A stretch of DNA of 48,765 bases from a virus (taxonomy: Duplodnaviria; Heunggongvirae; Uroviricota; Caudoviricetes): IMG/VR virus record IMGVR_UViG_2877982868_000002; one strand, written 5' to 3'. The notes beneath the pieces are model-generated. The model did not search any database, was not told where the DNA came from, and saw only the letters and a list, made by a program, of their open reading frames with translations. The translations under genes were made by a program, and so were the position numbers. Shown here piece after piece: positions 29,679-39,912 of this stretch. Position 1 is the stretch's first letter, and each line of letters begins with the position of its first letter.

Positions 29679-30625
29679 TGCCTACCCCGATTACACCGGC
29701 GATGATCACAGCCCTGATGACGGGCTACCGTTCTGATTTTCAGGCCGGGATGTCCATGGCCCCGTCGCAGTATAAAAAAATTGCGATGACCGTGCCCTCC
29801 ACATCGAAATCCAACACCTACGGCTGGCTGGGGCAGTTCCCGCAGTTCCGTGAGTGGATCGGCTCCCGCGTCATCGAGAAGATGAAAGCCTATGGCTATG
29901 CCATCGTGAACAAAACTTTTGAAGGCACTGTCGCCATTAGCCGCGATGACTTCGAAGACGACAACCTCGGTATTTATTCCCCGTTGTTCCAGGAGATGGG
30001 GCGCGCTGCGGCGGTACAACCGGATGAGCTGGTCTTTGCTGCCCTGCGTGACGGGATCAGTGCGGCCTGCTATGACGGTCAGAACTTCTTTGATACCGAA
30101 CATCCGGTTTACCCCAAAGTGGATGGCTCCGGGGATGCGCAGATGGTCAGCAATATGTTTGTGGCAAAAACCGGCTCTGTCGGCGCACAGGCTGATTACA
30201 GCGGTCCGGCCTGGTATCTGCTTGACTGCTCCCGCGCGGTAAAACCGCTGATTTATCAGGATCGCCGTAAGGCTGAACTGGTTGCCCAGACCAAAGTCGA
30301 TGAAGGTCGCGCATTCACCGATAACGAATTTGTGTTTGGTGCATCCGCCCGTCGCAATGTGGGCTACGGCTTCTGGCAGATGGCCTACATGATGCAGTCA
30401 CCGCTGACGCTGGATGCACTGTGGCACGGCTGGTCAGCCATGCGCGAATTTACCGCTGACGGTGGCCGCAAACTCGGCATTAAACCCACCCATATTGTTG
30501 TCCCCACCTCGCTGGAAAAACAGGCGGTGCAGCTGCTGGAGCGTGAACTGTTCGCAGACGGAAACGCAACCGTCTCTAACGAGATGAAGGGTAAGCTGGA
30601 GCTGGTTGTCGCGGATTATCTGTAA
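29678..30625 (+). CDS. Major head (capsid) subunit (Mu T-like)
   Basis: 315 aa; start overlaps I stop (TAATG); conserved order. Confidence 0.8.
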   Translation: MPTPITPAMITALMTGYRSDFQAGMSMAPSQYKKIAMTVPSTSKSNTYGWLGQFPQFREWIGSRVIEKMKAYGYAIVNKTFEGTVAISRDDFEDDNLGIYSPLFQEMGRAAAVQPDELVFAALRDGISAACYDGQNFFDTEHPVYPKVDGSGDAQMVSNMFVAKTGSVGAQADYSGPAWYLLDCSRAVKPLIYQDRRKAELVAQTKVDEGRAFTDNEFVFGASARRNVGYGFWQMAYMMQSPLTLDALWHGWSAMREFTADGGRKLGIKPTHIVVPTSLEKQAVQLLERELFADGNATVSNEMKGKLELVVADYL

Positions 30626-30668
30626 ACGGTGAGCCGGGCTTACGGCCCGGCCCCTGCGGAGGGCAAAT

Positions 30669-31079
30669 ATGAATGAACATCACACTGTGGCAGCAACAGA
30701 TGATTCAGGTCTTCAGGTCAGTGGTGACAATTCTGTCACGGTGCTGGCAGAAGTGCGTTGCAGTCGTTCGGCGTTTCGTCGTGCGGGGTTCCTGTTCACG
30801 CGTGGACGTCAGCAGGTTGAGGTCACCCCGGAGCAGCTTGCCCGACTGGAGGAGGAGCCATGCCTCACTGTGCGAATACTACAGACGTCTGCTGATGATG
30901 CGGGGAGCGTGGCGGGTGTGGTTCATGCAGTGGCCGGTACAGATTTAGCCGAAGCCGAAGCCGAAGCCGAAGCCGAAGCCGAAGCCGAAGCCGAAGCCGA
31001 AGCCGAAGCCGAAGCCGAAGCCGGACAGGATGCTCCCCGGAAAAAGACCGGTAACAAAGCGGAACAGGCCCGTGCATGA
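30669..31079 (+). CDS. Hypothetical head-region protein with (Glu-Ala)12 repeat
   Basis: 136-aa ORF; contains in-frame hexanucleotide repeat. Confidence 0.5.
   Translation: MNEHHTVAATDDSGLQVSGDNSVTVLAEVRCSRSAFRRAGFLFTRGRQQVEVTPEQLARLEEEPCLTVRILQTSADDAGSVAGVVHAVAGTDLAEAEAEAEAEAEAEAEAEAEAEAEAGQDAPRKKTGNKAEQARA
30948..31019 (+). repeat. Perfect hexanucleotide microsatellite (GCCGAA)x12 inside coding sequence
   Basis: 12 uninterrupted copies read directly from sequence; encodes AEAEAE... Confidence 0.95.
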
Positions 31080-31495
31080 ATTACGCCACTGAAACCGATA
31101 TGCGGGCGCGTTACCGCGAGGATTTGCTCAGGCCGTTACTGGCTGTGCCCCGTTCGGATGAGCCGGACACGCGCAAGCTGAACCGGGCGCTGACAGATGC
31201 GTCAGCCCTTATCGACAGCTATCTGTCCGCCCGTTACACGTTGCCGCTGGAGGTTATTCCGGCCGTTCTTGTTCAGCACTGTTGCGCGATTGCCTTTTAT
31301 TACCTGTGCGATCAGCGAGCCTCCGATCAGGCGCGTGACCGTTACCGTGAAGCGCTGGCCTGGCTGAAAGATGTCATGAACGGCAATGTGCCGGTCGGTG
31401 TGGATACGAACGGTGCGGCCCCTGAATCCGGGGATTTACCACAGGTTCAGTCTGATGCAGCGGTATTCGGGCGCAACCAGAAGGGCTTCATATGA
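31076..31495 (+). CDS. Head-tail connector/neck protein (Mu gp36-like)
   Basis: 139 aa; start overlaps upstream stop (ATGA). Confidence 0.5.
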   Translation: MNYATETDMRARYREDLLRPLLAVPRSDEPDTRKLNRALTDASALIDSYLSARYTLPLEVIPAVLVQHCCAIAFYYLCDQRASDQARDRYREALAWLKDVMNGNVPVGVDTNGAAPESGDLPQVQSDAAVFGRNQKGFI

Positions 31496-32052
31496 TTACG
31501 GAAACCGAACAGGAATACATCGCCCGTATCCGTGAGTATTTCGGGAATGAACTGGTGTCTGTTGACACGCATCCCGGCGACTGGAGCGACAGCGTACTGC
31601 GCACCATGCTGATTAACGCCCCGGCGATCTACGTTGCCTGGCTGGGTGCCGGTGAAGGCCGTACCCGTGGTCGCCTGGTCAGTCACTGGGTGTTCTACGT
31701 CATCGGCGACATGCTCAACGGGCGTGAGGCCAGCCGTCCCGGACTGTATCAGATTGTGGCCCGGCTGATTGCCGTGCTTAACGGCTTCAGAACAGAAAAA
31801 ACCTCACCGCTTTACTTTGAAAAGGCGGTCAACGGTTACACCGAAACCCAGGCGGACAGTGGTGCGGTGATGTATGCGCTTTATTTCTCCTGCGAGGAAA
31901 TGATCGCACCGCTGACCGATACCAGCTCGCTGGACGACTTCCTGCGTCATTACGAAACCTTTGTGGAGCCGCCCGGTACGCCGCCGTTTGAGGCACATAT
32001 TGATTTGCCGGGGAACACGACAACGGCGGTCGAACCGCCGGAGGAACTGTAA
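31492..32052 (+). CDS. Head-tail joining protein (Mu gp37-like)
   Basis: 186 aa; translationally coupled. Confidence 0.5.
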   Translation: MITETEQEYIARIREYFGNELVSVDTHPGDWSDSVLRTMLINAPAIYVAWLGAGEGRTRGRLVSHWVFYVIGDMLNGREASRPGLYQIVARLIAVLNGFRTEKTSPLYFEKAVNGYTETQADSGAVMYALYFSCEEMIAPLTDTSSLDDFLRHYETFVEPPGTPPFEAHIDLPGNTTTAVEPPEEL

Positions 32053-32298
32053 ATGAAAACCATCTTTATCAAACCCGCGCCGGGACGCCTGATTCGTGAT
32101 CCCGACACAATGCGCCCGCTGGCACAGGAGGGGGAGGAAAAGCCCTTTACGCCGTTCTGGTGTCGGCGTCTTGATGACGGCGATGTCATTCAGGCTGAAA
32201 AAGCCGCTGAAGAGGCTCCGGCTGTATCTGCGGATGCAACGACTGCGACAGAAAAACCGGTCGCCCAACCGGCATCCGATAAGGAGAAACCGCAATGA
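32053..32298 (+). CDS. Hypothetical small protein (Mu gp38-position)
   Basis: 81-aa ORF directly upstream of sheath gene. Confidence 0.4.
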   Translation: MKTIFIKPAPGRLIRDPDTMRPLAQEGEEKPFTPFWCRRLDDGDVIQAEKAAEEAPAVSADATTATEKPVAQPASDKEKPQ

Positions 32299-33797
32299 TT
32301 AATTTTGACGGGATCGGTAATGACCGCCGTATACCGCTGATTGAGGTTGAGTTTAATAACTCCATGGCTGTCACCGGCACTCCGGCACAGCGTCAGTGTG
32401 TGCTGCTGTTTGGTCAGGCGAGAATGAAAGAGAATGCCGTGGACGGTGCCGGTGTTCTGGATGTTCCGGTCAGGATCACCCGTGCGTCTCAGGCAACAGA
32501 ACTCTGGGGGCGCGGCTCCATGATTGCCCTGATGGTGGCGGAATTTATCGCCATCAATCCTGATGCTGAACTGTATGCCATTGCTCAGGGGAACGGCACC
32601 GGACAGGCAACGGCTGCGGCCATGAATCTGACCGGAACGGTCACCCGTGACGGGATTGTTTATGCCTGCGTGGGGGGGCGGCGTTATACACTCCCGGCAC
32701 CAAAAGGTAAGAAAGGCAAAGAACTGACCGACGAGCTGGCCGCGCTGATCAATGCCGATCCTGACGCGCCCTTCACGGCCTCCTCTGGTGCAGGAAGTGG
32801 TGATAATGGCGCAGGTCTGAAAGGGTCTCTGGGGATCACCGCCCGCTTTACCGGTGAATGCTCCGTTCATGATGTGCGCCTGAACTATCACGACGGGGAA
32901 GCAACCCCGGAAGGAATACAGGTCGCTATAGCCTATCCGAAACAAAAAGCGGCTAACCCGGATATCACCCGAAGCGTGGCGGGTATGGGCGATCGCCAGT
33001 ACAACTATGTCGTCATGCCCTATAAGGATGATGCAAACCTGAAAATCATCAGTGATGAGCTTCTGAAACGCTGGGGACCGGCCAAAATGTCTGACGGCGT
33101 GCTGTGGCTGGCACATACCGGCACGTTTGGTGAGGTGCAGGCATTCGGGGCAAAACGCAATGATTTTCTGGCGACCTGCACATCCATTCCCAAAGCCCCT
33201 GAACCGGATTACCTCTGGGCAGCGGCGGTCTGTGCCACCTGTGCACCCTCTCTGGGAGCAGATCCTGCGCGTCCGCTTCAGACGCTGGCGCTTCCGTCAC
33301 GCATGGCCCCGGCTCCGGCCGATCGTCTGACGCGTGAAGAGCGTAACAGTCTGCTGTGGGGAGGGATTGCCACGGTCAGTGTGGCTGCCGGTGATGTGGT
33401 TCAGATCGAACGTCAGGTGACCATGTATCGCCAGAACGTGTACGGCGAAAGTGATCCCAGCTATCTGGATGTGGAAACCATCTACACCCTCTCCTGGCTG
33501 CGTTATTCCCTGCGTACTTTTATCACACAACGTTTTCCGCGCCATAAACTGGCTGATGACGGGACGCCCGTTCGTGCCGGTCAGAATATCGTGACGCCGG
33601 AGATCATGAAGCTTCAGTTAATTTCGCTGGGTGAAGAGTGGGTGGAACTCGGGCTGGTCGAAAATCTGGACACCTTTAAAAAGAATCTGCTTGTGGAGCG
33701 TAATGCGTCAGATCGAAACCGTCTTGACGTGTTATGCACGCCGGATCTGGTTAACCAGTTCCGCTTCCTGGCAGCACAGATCCGTTTCATTTTGTGA
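32295..33797 (+). CDS. Contractile tail sheath protein
   Basis: 500 aa; SD aaggag; followed by tube gene. Confidence 0.8.
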   Translation: MINFDGIGNDRRIPLIEVEFNNSMAVTGTPAQRQCVLLFGQARMKENAVDGAGVLDVPVRITRASQATELWGRGSMIALMVAEFIAINPDAELYAIAQGNGTGQATAAAMNLTGTVTRDGIVYACVGGRRYTLPAPKGKKGKELTDELAALINADPDAPFTASSGAGSGDNGAGLKGSLGITARFTGECSVHDVRLNYHDGEATPEGIQVAIAYPKQKAANPDITRSVAGMGDRQYNYVVMPYKDDANLKIISDELLKRWGPAKMSDGVLWLAHTGTFGEVQAFGAKRNDFLATCTSIPKAPEPDYLWAAAVCATCAPSLGADPARPLQTLALPSRMAPAPADRLTREERNSLLWGGIATVSVAAGDVVQIERQVTMYRQNVYGESDPSYLDVETIYTLSWLRYSLRTFITQRFPRHKLADDGTPVRAGQNIVTPEIMKLQLISLGEEWVELGLVENLDTFKKNLLVERNASDRNRLDVLCTPDLVNQFRFLAAQIRFIL

Positions 33798-33805
33798 GGT
33801 AAGGC

Positions 33806-34171
33806 ATGAGCGGAAAACAGTATCAGGGTACGGCCACTATCCGTGTGAACGGTCAGGAATACGAGACGCTTGAGGGGGCTACATTTTCTCCGTCTGGTTT
33901 TGAACGTGAAGTGGTGAAAGGCGCGAAAGTCTATGGTTACCGCCAGAAACCACGTGAAGCGACGCTGGACTGCAAATTTCCGGCAGGCGGAGAAGGTTCA
34001 CCAGCCGCCGATGAAATCAACAACTGGACTGCGGTCACTATCGAGTTTGTGGCGGATACCGGCGAAGTCCACATGATGACGAAGGCCTGGAGCAGTGAAC
34101 CGGCCTCGCTTGACGGTGGCGGGGAGATCTCCGTGAAGTTCGCCAGCGCCTCCAGTACCCGTGTTCAGTGA
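33806..34171 (+). CDS. Tail tube protein
   Basis: 121 aa immediately after sheath. Confidence 0.7.
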   Translation: MSGKQYQGTATIRVNGQEYETLEGATFSPSGFEREVVKGAKVYGYRQKPREATLDCKFPAGGEGSPAADEINNWTAVTIEFVADTGEVHMMTKAWSSEPASLDGGGEISVKFASASSTRVQ

Positions 34172-34185
34172 TCAGGAAAAATAAA

Positions 34186-34662
34186 ATGACCACACGTAAG
34201 AAAAAAACGGCAGTTTCCGAGGCAGCCGTGATGGAGGCAATCCGGGAAGCACTTGAGGGGGCTGATCCACGCACTGCCGGGCTGACAGAGCAACTGGCAA
34301 AGGGATATGTGGATCTGCTTGATGGTCTGCCGTTTGGTGAGACCCGTGAATATCGTGTCACGTTCCGGGAACTGACAGCGAAAGACAGTATTGACGCAGA
34401 AGCAGAAGCCGAGCGCGTGGTGGAGACAAACAATGGCCCGATGCTGATAGCGTCTCCGTCGTTACGCGGTGTTGCACTGCTGCGCCGTCAGATTGCCGCA
34501 GTGGGAGACATTGAAGGTCCGTTGTCACCCCGTCAGATTGGACAGTTAAGCGAGCGCGATCTCTCCCGCCTGATGGCAGCGGTCAGCCTGCTGGATACCG
34601 CGCTTGCCGGAAAGCTGGCAGCTGACCGGGGGCGATCAGGCGCAGTGTCGGGATCAGATTGA
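34186..34662 (+). CDS. Tail assembly chaperone (short form)
   Basis: Located between tube and tape measure; ATG 34186 (track start GTG 34168). Confidence 0.55.
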   Translation: MTTRKKKTAVSEAAVMEAIREALEGADPRTAGLTEQLAKGYVDLLDGLPFGETREYRVTFRELTAKDSIDAEAEAERVVETNNGPMLIASPSLRGVALLRRQIAAVGDIEGPLSPRQIGQLSERDLSRLMAAVSLLDTALAGKLAADRGRSGAVSGSD

Positions 34663-34786
34663 AGAAGCGGCAATTATCCTGGGGATGGTGACAAAAAGCG
34701 GTCCGGAATGGGCGCTTAACCTCCCCCTGTCGCAACTTTACCGGCACTGCCGACAGACAGAAAAAATCATCAGAACGAAGCAGTAA
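34604..34786 (+). CDS. Putative frameshift extension of tail assembly chaperone (long-form C-terminus)
   Basis: Open frame (+1/-2 relative to chaperone) overlapping chaperone 3' end and ending 2 nt before tape-measure ATG. Confidence 0.35.
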   Translation: MPESWQLTGGDQAQCRDQIEEAAIILGMVTKSGPEWALNLPLSQLYRHCRQTEKIIRTKQ

Positions 34787-34788
34787 GT

Positions 34789-36864
34789 ATGGCCCGAAAT
34801 CTCAGAGCATCTCTGATAGTTGATTTGCTCGGCAATATCTCAGCCAAATCCCGCCAGTGGTCACAGGAGCTGGGGGCATTCTCACGCTCCGGCCAGGCGG
34901 GGCTGGGTGGCCTGGGAAATGCTGCCCGCCGTGCCGGGCAGGAAACAGATGTACTCGGAAGCAGGATGCAGCGCACGCTGGCCGGGGTGCGGGGCAGTAT
35001 CCGCCATGTCACTTCTGATTTTGACCGTCTTCAGGGCAGTATTACCGGCACCATCGGGCGGATCAGCAATCTTTACGGAATGCTGGCCGGTGGTGCTGCT
35101 GTATATGGCTTTAACCGGGGATTTATTCGCCCGGCAGCGGAGATGGAAACCTATATGATTCGCCTGAACTCCCTTTACAAAGGGGATCGGGCGAAAACTG
35201 ATGATGTCCGCAGGTGGGCAATACAGAATGCGAAGGAAACCACCTGGGGGCTGGCTGGCGTCATGCAGGAATATACGTCCAGTCTGGGCTTTGGTATGAG
35301 TGACAGGGAGGCCCGAAATTTTGTCACCATGCTTCAGGATCAGGGTGCCGTGGGCGGCTGGTCACTGTCCGATGCACAGGGGGCATCCCTGCAACTGAAA
35401 CAGATGTATGCAAGAGGCAGTATTCAGGCGGCGGATGCAAATATTCTTGCCACCTACGGCATTAATGCCTACCGCGTGCTGGCTGATCGTCTGGGTGTGG
35501 ACCAGAAAGTGGTCAGAAAACTTGGTGAAAAAGGGCTGCTTGGGCCGGACAGTATTCGCCTGTTATTTCAGACGCTGGCGGAACAGGCCAGGGGAGCACA
35601 AAAGGACGCAATGAATTCCTGGAGTGGCCTGACGGCCATGATGGGTGACGTCTGGGACCAGTTTGCCCGGGATGTGATGGACAGTGGGCCATTTGAAAAA
35701 CTGAAGGGTAATCTCAGGGGATTTCTTTCATGGGTTGACAGTGCCAAATCTGATGGCAGTTACCATTCCTTGGCGGAAAGCACGGCATCAGCCATGAACC
35801 AGGGCTTTGAGTATGCCCGTGATGCAGTGACTGGGTTTTATCAGGCGATCAGAAAGGTACGCGACACGCTTCAGGCTCTGCGGGATGCGGGCTATGGTGA
35901 TGCGCTGGATCGCATTGGTCAGGGGGCACAGACCGCCGCGAAATACCTGCTGTACATGTATCTCGCCACCCGTGCCCTGAAAATGGCGCGGGCTGTCGGA
36001 ACGGGGATTATACGTCCGGGTGCTGCATTGCTGGGATACGGATTATCAGCGGCGGCCTTCCTGACCTCACCTTTCCGGCGCTCTCCTCCGGCCGGAACAC
36101 CACCAGGCACATCTCAGGGACGAGGGCAACGTTTTATAAACTTTCTTACCGGGGTAAATCCGGCAGCCGTTCAGCCAGTACTTGTAACAAACTGGCCCAC
36201 AGGAGGACTGTCCGGCACCGGCGCGACCGATACATCCTCAGGCGGACGTCAGGGGCGGGGCCGCAGGAAACGCGGACCGGGGCGCGGAAGACCGGTCACG
36301 CCTCCCCTGCCACCGTCCCCAGTGCCACCGTCTCCCTCTTCTGGTGGGGCAGGGTTCTGGGGGCGCATGATGGGGCGCGCCGGTGGGTTACTTTCGTCTG
36401 TCGGTAGCCGCATGGGGCTGGGGCGTTTCTCCGGCTTTTTCCGCAGTGCCGGTGGACTGGCCGGCCGGCTGGGTGGAGGTGCCCTGTGGGCTGGCGCGAT
36501 GGCAGCCCCGGTTCTGCTGGATGGCAGCGCCAGTGCCACAGACAAGGGAGAAGCGGTCGGCTCTCTTGCAGGCAGTATTGCCGGTGGTGCGCTGGGGGCG
36601 GCAGCCGGACCTGTGGGGATTGCCATTGGTTCTACGGTGGGCAGCTATCTCGGTAACTATCTGGGGGGATGGCTGACTGAAGCCTGGCAGAAATTACGGG
36701 GCAGTGATGATGAAAGCAGTGGACAGGCGGTACAAAAAGCCTCTGCCCGTGTGGAGCTGGTTGCCCCGGAAGGGTGGCAGGCTCGCAGTATTGATATTGA
36801 TGACACGTCCGGTCACGGACTGGATGTGAATGTCTGGAACGGAGGGAATTATGGCCTCTGGTGA
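34789..36864 (+). CDS. Tail tape measure protein
   Basis: 691 aa; position after chaperone pair; Gly/Pro-rich C-terminal low-complexity segment. Confidence 0.8.
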   Translation: MARNLRASLIVDLLGNISAKSRQWSQELGAFSRSGQAGLGGLGNAARRAGQETDVLGSRMQRTLAGVRGSIRHVTSDFDRLQGSITGTIGRISNLYGMLAGGAAVYGFNRGFIRPAAEMETYMIRLNSLYKGDRAKTDDVRRWAIQNAKETTWGLAGVMQEYTSSLGFGMSDREARNFVTMLQDQGAVGGWSLSDAQGASLQLKQMYARGSIQAADANILATYGINAYRVLADRLGVDQKVVRKLGEKGLLGPDSIRLLFQTLAEQARGAQKDAMNSWSGLTAMMGDVWDQFARDVMDSGPFEKLKGNLRGFLSWVDSAKSDGSYHSLAESTASAMNQGFEYARDAVTGFYQAIRKVRDTLQALRDAGYGDALDRIGQGAQTAAKYLLYMYLATRALKMARAVGTGIIRPGAALLGYGLSAAAFLTSPFRRSPPAGTPPGTSQGRGQRFINFLTGVNPAAVQPVLVTNWPTGGLSGTGATDTSSGGRQGRGRRKRGPGRGRPVTPPLPPSPVPPSPSSGGAGFWGRMMGRAGGLLSSVGSRMGLGRFSGFFRSAGGLAGRLGGGALWAGAMAAPVLLDGSASATDKGEAVGSLAGSIAGGALGAAAGPVGIAIGSTVGSYLGNYLGGWLTEAWQKLRGSDDESSGQAVQKASARVELVAPEGWQARSIDIDDTSGHGLDVNVWNGGNYGLW

Positions 36865-38200
36865 CGGTCGTGGTGCGTTCCGTGGTGTGCCGTTCCTCGT
36901 CTGGCGTGAGCAGCGCGAACGTGGCGGGCGAAACATTGTCCGTCGGGAATATCCGTTACGGGAAACCGGTGGTGCAGACGATCTGGGACCTAAACTGGCT
37001 GAATTTACGTTCAGTGTACTTGTGATGGGGGATGATGTTCAGACACAGCGAAATCGTCTGCGTGATGCCCTTCGTGCTCCCGGTGCCGGGGAGCTGCTTC
37101 ACCCGGATTACGGCACGTTAAATGTGCTGATAAACAGCTTTGAAAGTCGTTATAACGCTGCTGAACAGGGCGTGGTTGAGTTCACCATTAATGTCACGCC
37201 GGTAAGTGATGATACCGCACCTGCTGTCACACAGGACACGGCCGCCATTCTGGAGCAGAAGAGTACCACCGCGCTCGGGAAGGTTTTTGAAACCCTGGAA
37301 GCGGGCTGGACGGTGATTTCTGACGGAATGCACGATGTCCAGGCAATGACCGAAACCATCAGCGATAAGGTGTCCGCCCTGGAAAATGCCGTTTCCGGCA
37401 TGGGGATTGTACAGGATATCAGTGCCTTTACTGCCACGTTCACGGCGCTGAAAGGGAATGCCACGGCATTACTGACAGCACCTTCCCGCATGGCCTCATC
37501 TTTTGCGGGGCTTTTCAGTGCCCTGATCACCCTGCCATCGCTGCCGTCACTGTCTTCAGGAGGCCTGAATACCCGGCCCGGTGGCAGTATCGGCCGGACG
37601 ACATCCGCCTTCTCTCAGGGAATGCCGCAACTGTACAGGACATTATCTTCCCTGCGTTACGTGCTGGATGAGCAGGATAATCCGCAGACTCTCATCGGTC
37701 TGACACCGGCAGCACAAAAGAATATTCGTCTGATACGGGCGGTAATGCAGAGTGCTGCCGTGGTGGCCCAGGCACAGACCGTGGGAAAACTGCTGGATCA
37801 GGTTCTCAGTCAGGAAACCCTGCCGGACAGTGACGCAGCCCACCGTACCTGGCCTGTCTGGCTGGAAAGTTCAGTTGATCTTCAGCGCATTAACCGTGAC
37901 TTAAGCGAAGCGCTCGAACGGCAGGTGATGACACTGTCCGGGCAGGGGTATACCGCCACGGCGCTGACGCTTCGTGATGCCAGACTGGCACTGACAGAGG
38001 ATCTGAATACACGGGGAGTTCAGCTACCCGGTGCAACAGTAGTGACTGTACGTACCACCGAGCCTGCACTGGTGACCCTGTACCGTGCCACCGGGAACAG
38101 TACCGGCTGGCAACGTTTTGTGCGCCGTAACGGTATTGTTGATCCGCTGTTCATTCCCGGAGGCCATTCAGTGGAGGTGATTAGTGAGCAGCAGGGTTGA
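36851..38200 (+). CDS. DNA circularization protein (Mu N-like)
   Basis: ATG 36851 with SD ggaggg overlapping tape-measure stop; ~450 aa. Confidence 0.6.
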   Translation: MASGDGRGAFRGVPFLVWREQRERGGRNIVRREYPLRETGGADDLGPKLAEFTFSVLVMGDDVQTQRNRLRDALRAPGAGELLHPDYGTLNVLINSFESRYNAAEQGVVEFTINVTPVSDDTAPAVTQDTAAILEQKSTTALGKVFETLEAGWTVISDGMHDVQAMTETISDKVSALENAVSGMGIVQDISAFTATFTALKGNATALLTAPSRMASSFAGLFSALITLPSLPSLSSGGLNTRPGGSIGRTTSAFSQGMPQLYRTLSSLRYVLDEQDNPQTLIGLTPAAQKNIRLIRAVMQSAAVVAQAQTVGKLLDQVLSQETLPDSDAAHRTWPVWLESSVDLQRINRDLSEALERQVMTLSGQGYTATALTLRDARLALTEDLNTRGVQLPGATVVTVRTTEPALVTLYRATGNSTGWQRFVRRNGIVDPLFIPGGHSVEVISEQQG

Positions 38201-39308
38201 ACTGTATCTGGGCGGTGAGATTTTTTCCGGCTGGCTGACGGTGAGTGTTCGTCGCTCTCTTGAACATCTGGCGGGCTCCTTTGAACTGGGGGTAATGATG
38301 CCCGGTGTACGCCTTCCGTCATCCGTCCGTGCCGGTCAGTCTCTGGAATTGCGCATTGACGGTCAGCCTGTGATCACTGGCTGGCTGGATCAGGTCCGGC
38401 AGCGCATCAGCGCCACGCGTTTTCAGATCACGCTCAGCGGACGGGATAAAACCGGTGACCTGGTGGACTGTTCAGCCATTCATCCGGGCAGCCAGTGGAG
38501 GAACCGCACGCTGGAGCACATTGCTTCAGATTTGTGTGCTCCGTTCGGGGTCACGGTGCGCTGGCAGGTAAATGATGCAACGGCAGCCCGGCCCTTTTCC
38601 ACCTTCACACTGGAAAACTCAGAAACCGTGGCAGATGCGCTGACACGGGCCGCGAGACACAGAGGCGTCCTGGTAACCAGTAATGCCGCCGGTGAACTGG
38701 TTTTCACTCAGGCCGGCAGTCAGCGTGGCGACACGCTGACGCTGGGCGAAAATCTGCTGGATTTGGATCACAACGTGGATCACCGTCTGCGCCACAGTGA
38801 ATACCGTGTACGGGGGCACGGGCGTGGTGGTGGTCATGCCGGGGATGCACTGACAGCCGGAACGCTGGCCGCACCCGTTGGTACGGTGACAGACAGTGCC
38901 ATCCACCGTTACAGACCGAAAATTGTGCTGGCGGATCATGCTGTTGATGCAGACGGTGCACGCCAGAGGGCTGTCCGGGAAATGCGCCGGGCGGTTGCCC
39001 GCTCTGTGCGCCTGACAGCCACCGTGCGGCACTGGTTTCGGGAGAACGGCCAGTTGTGGGATATCAACCTGCTGACGGCTGTCACGGCTCCCCGCACCGG
39101 AGTGGAAGAGCGTGATCTTCTTGTCTGTCAGGTGGAGTTTTCGCTGGATGCAAATCACGGCGAAACCACCCGTCTGATTCTGGCACCCCGTGACGGCTTT
39201 ATTGTTCCGGCAGAGCCGGGAAACAGCGGAAGCGGAAATGCGGGTGACGTGGACGCCTTCGTGCGGGCACAGATGAAAAAACAGGGGATTAAATTCAATG
39301 ATGAATGA
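38184..39308 (+). CDS. Baseplate hub/tail protein (Mu P-like)
   Basis: 374 aa, GTG start overlapping upstream gene; conserved order. Confidence 0.65.
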   Translation: MSSRVELYLGGEIFSGWLTVSVRRSLEHLAGSFELGVMMPGVRLPSSVRAGQSLELRIDGQPVITGWLDQVRQRISATRFQITLSGRDKTGDLVDCSAIHPGSQWRNRTLEHIASDLCAPFGVTVRWQVNDATAARPFSTFTLENSETVADALTRAARHRGVLVTSNAAGELVFTQAGSQRGDTLTLGENLLDLDHNVDHRLRHSEYRVRGHGRGGGHAGDALTAGTLAAPVGTVTDSAIHRYRPKIVLADHAVDADGARQRAVREMRRAVARSVRLTATVRHWFRENGQLWDINLLTAVTAPRTGVEERDLLVCQVEFSLDANHGETTRLILAPRDGFIVPAEPGNSGSGNAGDVDAFVRAQMKKQGIKFNDE

Positions 39309-39912
39309 CGAAGTCATCAGCCGCCTTCTGGCCCCCGTGATGCGGGGTGTTCGTCTGCTGTTCGGGCGTGGTGTACTGACCGGCACAACGGACACGCTGA
39401 AAATCCAGAATGTGCAAATCACCGGTATGGATGGTGAAACCTTTGATGACGTTGAACGCCCCCAGCAGTACGGGCAAATCAGCGTCCCCCTGCCTGGTGC
39501 GGAAGTTTTTCTGGCCTGTGCTGGCGGACAACGGGATCAGGCCGTGGTGCTTGTGGTGGAAGACCGCCGCAGTCGCCCGACCGGACTTACCGCCGGAGAT
39601 ACCGGCGTGTATCACCATGAGGGGCACCGTATACGTCTGACAAAGAACGGCCGGATCATTGTGACCTGTAAGACGCTGGAGATTTACGCCGATGAAGGTG
39701 TTCAGGTGGATACACCGGAGGCTCACTTTACCGGTAATGTCACAGTGGATAAGAACCTGCATGTCAAAGGCAATGTGTCCATTGACGGCACCGGAAGATC
39801 ACAGGGGACGTTCACGATGTCCGAAGCGGTTATTGCCGGGATCACCTATTCAGGTCATGTGCATCACGATAACGGTGAAGGCAGCAAAACGGGAGGACCA
39901 GAGAATGGCTGA
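39298..39912 (+). CDS. Baseplate spike/assembly protein V-like
   Basis: 204 aa; ATGATG start overlapping upstream stop. Confidence 0.65.
   Translation: MMNDEVISRLLAPVMRGVRLLFGRGVLTGTTDTLKIQNVQITGMDGETFDDVERPQQYGQISVPLPGAEVFLACAGGQRDQAVVLVVEDRRSRPTGLTAGDTGVYHHEGHRIRLTKNGRIIVTCKTLEIYADEGVQVDTPEAHFTGNVTVDKNLHVKGNVSIDGTGRSQGTFTMSEAVIAGITYSGHVHHDNGEGSKTGGPENG

Noticed and set aside
30948-31019. Possible CRISPR-like array because of perfect tandem repeats
   Set aside because: The unit is only 6 bp with no spacers and sits in-frame inside a coding sequence; it is a microsatellite, not a CRISPR array.
32190-33116. 308-aa minus-strand ORF antisense to the tail sheath gene (and similar long antisense ORFs at 22577-23170 and 38619-39422)
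   Set aside because: They fully overlap well-supported plus-strand structural genes in conserved Mu order; products are low-complexity and Arg/Gly-rich; no translation signals.
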